A stretch of 64,000 bases of DNA, from contig NIVC01000649.1 of the NCBI GenBank assembly GCA_002269645.1, positions 23,703 through 87,702 on the forward strand, given 5' to 3'. This document shows, one piece after another, positions 47,860 to 60,595 of the stretch (positions are counted from its first letter, which is position 1; every line of letters starts with the position of its first letter). The stretch is from Macrostomum lignano. Lineage: Eukaryota. The notes under the pieces were generated by a model, which saw nothing but the letters and a program-made list of their open reading frames with translations, did not search any database and was not told where the DNA came from. The translations under genes and the position numbers were made by a program.

Positions 47860-49355
47860 ATGCAGCTTTCTTTGTCCGGTATTTTAGCTGTTTGCGCAAC
47901 TGCTTATATGATCGGCTTGCATGTATATCTGAGAGTTCAGGGTTCAATGCTACGAGTGTGTGGCTGCAAGGGACATGATGGATATAGGATTTCCCTATCC
48001 CCTTCTGCACATGCGTCTGAATGTACGAACGAAAGGAGAGAGACTGACGGGAGTGCATCTGCGTTCCGATGCTTGCCTACCAACCCATAATGGGATTAGC
48101 TCGCACAATTTCGACACTTATAAATTTTCCTAGCGCATACCAACGCAGCTCGAATGAATTTAATCGCACAGTCGAGCTTGTAATATTCCTAACTCCCACC
48201 TACTTGACGCATTCATAATTGCTGTGGAACAACCGCAAATTGCACGAATGATTTATGAGCAAAATAAAGCAAAATATTCACATTATGATGGACGAGCTAT
48301 CCAGATAACTACCGCAACTCGGGAGTAGCATAATTCTGGACTACTACAGTACAAGGAATGCTGTACAGTACAAGAGGCGGACGACATCACCGAAGGTGGG
48401 CGCAACCCTTCCGCGAATATTTTTCAGTACTTTAGTTTTCACGTTCCCTACACACACTTATCTGCATTAGAAGCTTAAAATTATAATGAAAACGTTGACC
48501 TTTAAATTCACGCGTACTTGCGCTCGTATTTCACAATATTGTGCGTTCACTGCAAGTTTCAAATGATCAGCAGTCAGGACGTGTAAACTGAATGTAGCTG
48601 CCATTGCTACAGTACTTCGACTTGGACATACGTTGTGGACACGACGAAAACGTTCCAGTGTTTGCTGAAGCGCTTTTAAACAGTTAAGGGTAGTGACTAC
48701 TGACGAGTAGCAAAAGAAGATTTCTTGAGCAATAATTGTAAATATGAAATTTTCTTCAGAAAGCAAAGAATGCTGTTCTTCTTTTAGGTGAGAAGGATTA
48801 GTCAGAATCTCTAAATCTCAGCATCTCAGAATGGTAAAGCTGAAATCAATACCTATAACAATTCCTCAGATTCCAAGGCTCGTTCAGAATGTTGAGCTAA
48901 ACAGAAGAGCTAAAGAATGGGGGGGGACTGGGGGCTCATCTGTTTTTCTCCCTATTTCGCTAGTCATCTCTCATGAGTTCGCAAATTCTTCGTTCGCTCC
49001 TCTGGAAGAAATCCTGATTCCATAGCTGGTCCCGACTGATTTCTAGGCGGTGCGATGCAGTGATGCGATGTCAAAGTTTAATTTTTCATATGCCGCCGCC
49101 GATTGTACTTTAAGTGCATGTCCTCAAAGAGGGCCTCAAAAAGCAGCTACATGTGTAAATAATCATTTTTATCTGACACAAATATACAAAATAATTCCTC
49201 GTAAAAATTAACATGTCATTGATTCGCCCAGCCAATCAGTACTTCTCTGGGACTAGTGTCTTTGATAAAATCCCTTTGATGCGACCCCGGGCTAATGCGA
49301 TCCAATCAGATTAACAAAAACGAATTTTTTAAAGAAAAGTACCCAAAAATTCGAG

Positions 49356-49363
49356 TATAAAAA
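49356..49363 (+). promoter_or_regulatory. TATA box TATAAAAA of the peptide gene, with CCAAT motifs near 49230 and 49303
   Basis: Located ~130 bp upstream of ATG 49487; motif match only. Confidence 0.5.
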
Positions 49364-49486
49364 TCAGAGCTGTTGTTAAAAATGAGTCTTGCTCGGATAG
49401 GACTGCTATTATACTTCTAATTCTACTTCTTCTAAGTCTATTTAAAATTAAACCATCCACGCTCTTAGCTTTACAGGAGCTTCATC

Positions 49487-49996
49487 ATGCTAAAGGCAGC
49501 TGGAATTCTCGCTATTGTCGCAATCGCAGCCGTGACAGGCAGCCAAACTACTGCTAAACGGAGGGTTTTCGGAGAAGCGGGTATGTTCAGCTTATACAAT
49601 GTCCATTGTTACCGAATATATCGCGTTTTAAAACAAAAAAAACTATTTTTGTTGCAACCAGGAATGAATTTATCGTAAGCTTCTCGTTCATTTAGCGCCT
49701 ATGATGGCCAACCCACAAGGCGGTAAAAGGTCAGCGGCCCTAAAAGCCGCACACTTGATGACTAAGCAACTAATAAATAACCAATCGTTATCTCAACCGC
49801 AACAGACCTGCAGAGGGTCAAGCTGAACTCCCTGTGCACTCGACTCTGCCGAAACGTCTTTAATTCGAATGACCCGTTCTGCGTGGGCGATTTCCTCATT
49901 CACAATGGGCATCCTGACTGCGTCTGTTCCAAGCACTGCCGCCACTCGGTGCTGCACTGGCTGCACCTGGATGGTCATCAGGAACCGGGCCGCTGA
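49487..49996 (+). CDS. Small secreted six-cysteine peptide precursor, 94 aa, 2 exons
   Basis: Exons 49487-49580 (g|gtatgt) and 49806-49996 (aacag|ac), phase 1. MLKAAGILAIVAIAAVTG (signal-like) SQTTAKRR VFGEADLQRVKLNSLCTRLCRNVFNSNDPFCVGDFLIHNGHPDCVCSKHCRHSVLHWLHLDGHQEPGR. Confidence 0.75.
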
Positions 49997-50400
49997 TCGG
50001 CTTTGATTAACTAACAAATCCAAATGTACTTTAACGTCTAAGATCTTTGCGTTGCTAACTTTTAATCGGCTATTGTTAAACTTTCTACAGCCGACTAAAT
50101 AGAAAGTGAAATCGAGGGATTGAATTTAAGCAACAACAGCATGCTGTCAGTTGTTTAAAGCCTCATTAATAACTAAACTTCGGTCTTTATCGTCACTTTG
50201 CGGTGTGGCATGCAGTATTTGTATGCAACAAAACATTCACAAACAAGAAGAACATTAGTGCAAATCACAAAAGCAGAAAAAAGTATTAATCTCGAAATAA
50301 AAAGAGACAATAGCCAACCAAATATCGTCCAGTGAATGAGAAAAAGATCCATGCATAATAACAGCCAGTCTTTGGCTCTTCATTTATAAACAAAAACACT

Positions 50401-50640
50401 AGGTTGTAGCTTAGTGGTTAGTGCGTCTAAAAGGTCGGGGGTTTGATTCTATCTAGATAGACATATTCGGAATAATTTGTGTCCTTGAGAAACTCTGCAC
50501 TTCTTCAGTTCACTCAGCTGTAAAATGGGTGGGGTAATTGAGGATTAGCCCCCCCACTCAGTCCTTGGGCTGAACAGCCGTACGCAGCCTTCAGATGCGC
50601 CGCACCGATAGCTGCGGCTGAGCTGTCGGTTGCACATCTA
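50401..50640 (+). mobile_element. tRNA-derived SINE with a CORE/Meta-like central domain
   Basis: A-box TAGCTTAGTGG, degenerate B-box GGTTTGATTCT, then GTGTCCTTGAG..TCAGTTCACTCAGCTGTAAAATGGG, resembling the CORE-SINE motif ..CCTCAGTTTCCTCATCTGTAAAATGGG. Confidence 0.65.
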
Positions 50641-52359
50641 CAAATTAGGACAGGTGCAATTCAAAGCAAGTTTTGAACGTCCTGTTCAAGGTTTGGAGAA
50701 TTGCTATATTTTCAGCAGTTAGTCCAATCAGATATAGTGATAGATAGCTTATCACGCTTGTTATCAGACGCTTTATTTAAACCAGTCCACCGATATTGTC
50801 CTCTTTGTTGCTGACAGATCCTTGTTAACCTTTAAATTTAACTCTGACGTGGATTTACACGACGGGGTTCGCACAGTTTTTTTAGCGCATAGGGTCTTTC
50901 GATCTGAGGGCTGAATCAAGCAACCCATTGTTGAGCGAATTCATGATAGGCTAGGTGGTGACAGTGGGTTGACGCAGCTGACTTATGGGGAGGGGGTTGT
51001 GCGTAAGTGGCTAACAGTAATAGGGAGAGTGGTAGCCAATCAGAATTGGACAAGCCTAGGGCCGGGGCTGCAAACATCCTGTTAGACTGGGTTGATGGGG
51101 GTTTAAGCAACTTGATCATCAGTGCAGGTGTACACACGGTAAAGGCCGGCTGCACATTACCCCTAATAGCACCGCAGATCAGAGATTGCTCAAATCAATG
51201 TACAGTTTGTTTAGAACCGTTTTAGAAGGTGTACTGTTTGCTTTCACTAGTTTAGGAATTTAATATAGGACCAATTTGAATTTTTAATGCAGTGAACTCT
51301 TGCTTCTCTAATAATAATTGAAAGTTCCAGTGGTCTATCAGCAATCTGAACATCTAAGGGTATTAGAGACACGTTTAGCAGCACCACGTTCCCAAGCAAC
51401 CCATGAATTCGATTCCGAGTCATCAGCGTGAGTGCCCAGAAGACGCCACTTGCAAATTTACGAGCTAGACAGGACGTTGCTTTGATTCGAGTAAGTCTTT
51501 CTTCAAATCAGTTGCTGCGCATCGAGTGCCTTTGGGCCTCGCCGAGGGCAATTTCAGGTGACGGGTAATTTAGCTAACTTAATGATCATTTTTTTTTAAT
51601 TATCAACGGATCTGAGACTGATTCGTTTTTCTCGAATTTTGATATAATTGCTCTCATCTGATTGAGGAGTCTTCACTGATTCTGTGTAATTAATCTTTGT
51701 AGAAAGCTCAGCACTTGACAAATATGACTAGTTTCTATTTATTAGTTTAGGAGCAGATTGTAAAACGATTCTACTGATAGTAGTCAGGGTACGCTAATTT
51801 TTATTCTGCCTGTAGTTGAGGCTGAATTCGATTGACCAGGGACTTCTAGTAATAGCAGTAGTGGACTGGAAACTAGACTGAAGCACTTGCCACTTCCCTC
51901 TATCAAAGTTCGTCTCCTTCCAGCTCCCTTCTCTCTATCCGGTTCTATCAAATTCGTTTCCTTCCAGCTCCCTTCTCTCTATCCGGTTCTATCAAATTCG
52001 TTTCCTTTCAGCTCCCTTCTCTCTCATCTCTCCTCTCTCTTCTCATCAGCTCTCCTCTCTCCTCTCCCCTCTCATCAGCTCTCTATGAGAGGTGATAAGA
52101 TATAAAGATATATTATCTCTTTCTCATATTTTCTCCTATCTGTCATCTTTATAAATTTTTTAACTGTCAGTGGAGCCTCAGCCAGTGAGAAACTATTTGA
52201 AGCTATCAATAAACTTCTTCACATCTAGCAGGAAACTCAGAGTTTAAATTTGACAAACAAACAATTGGTTTATAATTAAAAAACAGGTTATGTTCAGAAA
52301 TGATAAGAAAAGTGGAATGCAATTGGTGCTAAAATCTCAGCGCTATATTTCTGGCGTCC

Positions 52360-54300
52360 TTGGTGCCGGCGCCCATTGGTGCTGGCGCCCCTTGGTGCTG
52401 GCGCCCCTTGGTGCTGGCGCCCCTTGGTGCTGGCGCCCCTTGGTGCTGGCGCCCCTTGGTGCTGGCGCCCCTTGGTGCTGGCGCCCCTTGGTGCTGGCGC
52501 CCCTTGGTGCTGGCGCCCCTTGGTGCTGGCGCCCCTTGGTGCTGGCGCCCCTTGGTGCTGGCGCCCCTTGGTGCTGGCGCCCCTTGGTGCTGGCGCCCCT
52601 TGGTGCTGGCGCCCCTTGGTGCTGGCGCCCCTTGGTGCTGGCGCCCCTTGGTGCTGGCGCCCCTTGGTGCTGGCGCCCCTTGGTGCTGGCGCCCCTTGGT
52701 GCTGGCGCCCCTTGGTGCTGGCGCCCCTTGGTGCTGGCGCCCCTTGGTGCTGGCGCCCCTTGGTGCTGGCGCCCCTTGGTGCTGGCGCCCCTTGGTGCTG
52801 GCGCCCCTTGGTGCTGGCGCCCCTTGGTGCTGGCGCCCCTTGGTGCTGGCGCCCCTTGGTGCTGGCGCCCCTTGGTGCTGGCGCCCCTTGGTGCTGGCGC
52901 CCCTTGGTGCTGGCGCCCCTTGGTGCTGGCGCCCCTTGGTGCTGGCGCCCCTTGGTGCTGGCGCCCCTTGGTGCTGGCGCCCCTTGGTGCTGGCGCCCCT
53001 TGGTGCTGGCGCCCCTTGGTGCTAAAGCCCCTTGGTGCTAAAGCCCCTTGGTGCTAAAGCCCCTTGGTGCTAAAGCCCCTTGGTGCTGGCGCCCCTTGGT
53101 GCTAAAGCCCCTTGGTGCTAAAGCCCCTTGGTGCTAAAGCCCCTTGGTGCTAAAGCCCCTTGGTGCTAAAGCCCCTTGGTGCTAAAGCCCCTTGGTGCTA
53201 AAGCCCCTTGGTGCTAAAGCCCCTTGGTGCTAAAGCCCCTTGGTGCTGGCGCCCCTTGGTGCTGGCGCCCCTTGGTGCTAAAGCCCCTTGGTGCTAAAGC
53301 CCCTTGGTGCTAAAGCCCCTTGGTGCTAAAGCCCCTTGGTGCTAAAGCCCCTTGGTGCTAAAGCCCCTTGGTGCTAAAGCCCCTTGGTGCTAAAGCCCCT
53401 TGGTGCTAAAGCCCCTTGGTGCTGGCGCCCCTTGGTGCTGGCGCCCCTTGGTGCTGGCGCCCCTTGGTGCTAAAGCCCCTTGGTGCTAAAGCCCCTTGGT
53501 GCTAAAGCCCCTTGGTGCTAAAGCCCCTTGGTGCTAAAGCCCCTTGGTGCTAAAGCCCCTTGGTGCTGGCGCCCCTTGGTGCTAAAGCCCCTTGGTGCTA
53601 AAGCCCCTTGGTGCTAAAGCCCCTTGGTGCTAAAGCCCCTTGGTGCTAAAGCCCCTTGGTGCTAAAGCCCCTTGGTGCTGGCGCCCCTTGGTGCTAAAGC
53701 CCCTTGGTGCTAAAGCCCCTTGGTGCTGGCGCCCCTTGGTGCTGGCGCCCCTTGGTGCTGGCGCCCCTTGGTGCTGGCGCCCCTTGGTGCTAAAGCCCCT
53801 TGGTGCTAAAGCCCCTTGGTGCTAAAGCCCCTTGGTGCTAAAGCCCCTTGGTGCTAAAGCCCCTTGGTGCTAAAGCCCCTTGGTGCTAAAGCCCCTTGGT
53901 GCTAAAGCCCCTTGGTGCTAAAGCCCCTTGGTGCTAAAGCCCCTTGGTGCTAAAGCCCTTGGTGCTAAAGCCCCTTGGTGCTAAAGCCCCTTGGTGCTAA
54001 AGCCCCTTGGTGCTAAAGCCCCTTGGTGCTAAAGCCCCTTGGTGCTAAAGCCCCTTGGTGCTAAAGCCCCTTGGTGCTAAAGCCCTTTGGTGCTAAAGCC
54101 ATTTGGTGCTAAAGCCCCTTGGTGCTAAAGCCCTTTGGTGCTAAAGCCCCTTGGTGCTAAAGCCCCTTGGTGCTAAAGCCCCTTGGTGCTAAAGCCCCTT
54201 GGTGCTAAAGCCCCTTGGTGCTAAAGCCCCTTGGTGCTAAAGCCCTTTGGTGCTAAAGCCCCTTGGTGCTAAAGCCCCTTGGTGCTAAAGCCCCTTGGTG
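52360..54300. repeat. 16-bp minisatellite GCCCCTTGGTGCT(GGC/AAA), ~120 copies
   Basis: Homogeneous GGC block to ~53020, then mostly AAA units with interspersed GGC units. Confidence 0.97.
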
Positions 54301-55279
54301 GGGTTTTGAAAGGGTTAATTGAGGTGACATTCCATAAGCTAAGTGTAGCCTTGTGAATCCACTGTTTTTAATCTGGATGACTCCAAGTTCTGCGTCAAAC
54401 TGTCCTTGGACAGGATGGAGAGCGGAGGAGGCGGACAGATGCAGAGAGAGAACCGTGGGAACCGCGACACGTGGGATCGCTCTAGCATCCCCAGCATCCC
54501 CAGCAGCTCCATCAGGGATTTTTGTTGATTCATTCTTTCTCCCCATCTATACAGCTTCCTCCATCCCATGCATGCGTTCCAATGCTAACATACTCGACTG
54601 GGTTTCCAGTCCAGATCGGGTTTTCTCTTCAATCGCTCAATCGTATTGAAATCGACTGTGAAGACGAATTGCAGATAAGCTTAGCTGCTTAGAAGGGATA
54701 TTTGTTAAATAATTGAACTAGTATAGTTCGCTGGGATTATCTTAGAATGCTTGGTTGGATAGACAAGAAGCTTTCCCTGAGCTCCTTCTGTCTCCTACGC
54801 CTACCCCCTGTCCATTCTTCCAGCGCCCCCAAGCGAACATGGCCTTGGAACAACAGCTGACGGAATTCCCACCATAACTGGTGGCCCCTTACAAGACACG
54901 GCCCAAGAGTTTCTTTTCCTTCATCTGGCTCCTCGTCGATTCGTTACCAGGGCCTAAACTCTTATATGCTACGGAGACTGGAAAACGAAACTATTTTTGT
55001 CAATACTTGAAGCAAAAACTATACATGTACATGTTCAAATGACGCCAAAATCAGTGTTTTAGCTAGGGAAAAATCAGTGCTTAGAAAGGTCCAAAATTAG
55101 GGTTTATTTCTCGCAAAAATTAATGTTTATATAACGACAGAATCAGTGTTTAAATAGTGTTTAAATTGGTGTTTAAATACCAACAAAATCGGTGTACAAA
55201 TTGTGCAACAATCTGTGTTTAAATATCGCAAAAACCAGTGTTTAAATATCTTCAAAATCGGTGTTTAAAAGGCGACTAA

Positions 55280-55580
55280 ATTTGTGTCTAAACAGCGCCA
55301 AAATTAGTGTCTAAACAGCGCCAAAATTAGTGTTTAAACAGCGCCAAAATTAGTGTCTAAACAGCGCCAAAATTAGTATCTAAATAGCGCCAAAATTAGT
55401 GTCTAAATAGCGCCAAAATTAGTGTTTAAACAGCGCCAAAATTAGTGTCTAAATAGCGCCAAAATTAGTGTCTAAATAGCGCCAAAATTAGTGTCTAAAT
55501 AGCGCCAAAATTAGTGTCTAAATAGCGCCAAAATTAGTGTGTAAACAGCGCCAAAATTAGTGTCTAAACAACGCCAAAAT
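55280..55580. repeat. 23-bp minisatellite AGCGCCAAAATTAGTGTCTAAA(C/T), 12-13 copies
   Basis: Counted 12 copies with an intact GCGCCAAA plus one variant. Confidence 0.92.
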
Positions 55581-56302
55581 TTGTGTTTAAATCGCGCCAT
55601 AGCGCCGAAATCGGTGCTGACAGAAATTTTCAGAGTGAAAATTTTAAACTCAAACCTCCAAATATCGTGACCGGGCGCAGAAAAAATAAAAGAAGAGTTG
55701 CCTTTCCAGAATTTTGCTTAACGAAGTTTAATGCTCCGCGTCTTCACGCGTGCTCCCGTTGTCGTGTTTTGGGATTCGAAATTGCTGCTTACTGGGTGAG
55801 GGGCCGGGGCTGCGGAAGTCGCTTGATTGGTAAGAAAACGGTTACCGCAGCCTCCACCCCTACCCCAAGCCTGGCTCAAGAGCAAGACTTAAATAGATGC
55901 TATCCAATTTCTGTAGGGAAACTTATCAAATAGGGCCGCCTCTCTGCCCGTTAATTTCTGCTCCTAGCCAAACCATTTGTTAGTGAAAGACACGTGGATA
56001 TTGCATATAGAATATGATATACTGGTTTGGCTAGGAAGAAGCCAAACTAGAAGTGCCACGTAAAATCACTCCAAGAGAGCTACTAAGCCTTACCATAATA
56101 AGCCTTACTAGGCCACCCGTGAGAACGGAGCCATCTGGATTTCTTATTTTTCCTCGCTTTGCTCCCTCCTCCCTCTCTGGCTGCTCACGCTACTCCCTAT
56201 ACCGTTTTTAGGCATAGAGGGAAGAGAAGAGCTCAGCCCTAGCAGTAGGTAAGGGCTGCAATCCGAATCATATTCCCACTGTGCAGTTGCGCGTGCGCGT
56301 GA

Positions 56303-58609
<2,307 letters not shown>

Positions 58610-60595
58610 ACAATTTCTAAGAATAACTAATTGCCATTATGACACTTCATGATTGTTTATATTACGAGAGCCACTGTATAAGTAGATACCGTTGGACGTA
58701 CGAATACATAGCACTGTTGGCTATTTTAATATATTTTTGTGTAGCACTACAAATAGTTCACAGGTAACAGTGAAGCAGTAGAGTACGCAGGTAGTTTGAA
58801 GGGCTGCAACCCCTTGGCCATATTTGATTTCTTGGTATGCGTTTCTTCTCTTGAGCCAATGGATGCGAAGTCCAAGAGGAGACAAAAGTTGGGCGCCCGT
58901 CATTCTTCCAGTTTGGTTACAAGTCTTCTCGCATTTAGCTTTTCGAGGGGTGATTGGAGGGGCCGCGACCCCCTGACCCCTCCCCCCTTTGCGAACGCCA
59001 ATGCAGCGCAAAGATTACCCCACCCATGGCTGTTCTCTGTACTTCAAAACTTGAAGCCATTTTTCAGCATAACAGGGTTAAATTTATTATTAAGTGCAAC
59101 GGTAACTTCAAGTGATGCTATGCTTGTCAATAAAGTCCTTTATATTACTCTCTGTATATTTTGATTTTAGTCTACTTTTAAAAAGATTTCCCAAAGAATT
59201 AGGTTTCGGTTTTGGTAAAATGTTATAAGATTTCTACTTGCAGAAAGATATTGCTGATCATACGAAGTATAATGTTTTTAAATATATGCATTATAGTATC
59301 GAGTTTTTTAGCGCAATTCAGAAACAAGCCATTCGATCAATCTATTATGTACGTTCTTTACTACTGATAACCTGCAGAGCTGTTAGATTATTCCAGTTAA
59401 TTATTGTCTGGTCCGTAAATCAGTATCGAGGCCAAAGTAAAGATATAATATTTGACTAAATTCTAGATAATCACAAAATTGCTAAAATTAATAACGAGTT
59501 CTAGCCGCGAAGAATGTGCATTGACTTTTAATTAAATCAACCGTCTCGTTTGTAAGTTTGTCACGACTTTCTAAAACTGGTAACAGACTACTTAATACAT
59601 GCAAATTTTAACCAGTTTAGATTAAGAAACAGTGCGCTTGATTTAAATCCATACAGCAATCCGAAATAGACGACAACCTACGGATAACGACGTCATAGGT
59701 CGGCTGAACGTCAGTGTAATGTTAAAGACGAATTTGTCAGTTAAGTCCGTCCATCGACGTCCGGCTTTTCGTGGGTATGTTTTTCAGGTTTAGAAAATAC
59801 ATTCTTCAAAGTAGGTTTAAAAAACAAATTTTACTTAATCCTGTCACGTCACTAACAACTTCGTAATATTAGTTATTGACTTAGGCGAAAGTCCTAAATT
59901 ATTGTCATAGGTAGGCCAATTGCTGCACCAAGAAATCCAAGAAAAGTGGAACCTACACATGGGAGTTTATGGATTGTCAATGCATCAATTGTGCATCAGA
60001 CATCAGAGACTTCAAAACTGTCTATTGGACTGTCTGTTATGTTAATATCGTAAAACTTCTCAACGTACTTAAGACTCTCCATTGTCTTGCCCGTCAAAAG
60101 TTTTAAAAGACGTAGTTAAAAAACTGCGCAGCTTATCTAACCCAATTTGAGAAATTTGAACATAGGATTTAGTAAACTCTCGTCGATGCTTTAAAACAAT
60201 AAAAGTTATATCTTATGAAAAAATATAGGCCTCATATACCTTAGGTAGATGCAAATATTATATAGCGTCGAAGATTACCAGAAATTATAATTCCGAAAAC
60301 CTGGCTTCATCAGAAATACGCTCGCAATTTTTTCATCAGTAAAACAGCATTTAAGTGTTCCAGATAAATTATAACAAAACTGATTCATCTCTTGACGGAA
60401 ATAAAAAATCAAAATTAATAATATCAAGCATACCAATTCCATCAGAAAAAAATCAAGAAAATAGTGATTAATTCTAATAAGAGAGACAAGTATTATTTTT
60501 AAAATGAATATTACAAGTACAAACGACTTAATTACAAAGAAAAATTAAAACGTCAAATCATACATCAAACGTCAAATTGGCCTGTCCAGAGTCAG

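Noticed and set aside
50916-55933. Short ORFs at 50916-51225, 54253-54649 and 55583-55933
   Set aside because: No recognisable domains, splice context or signal features.
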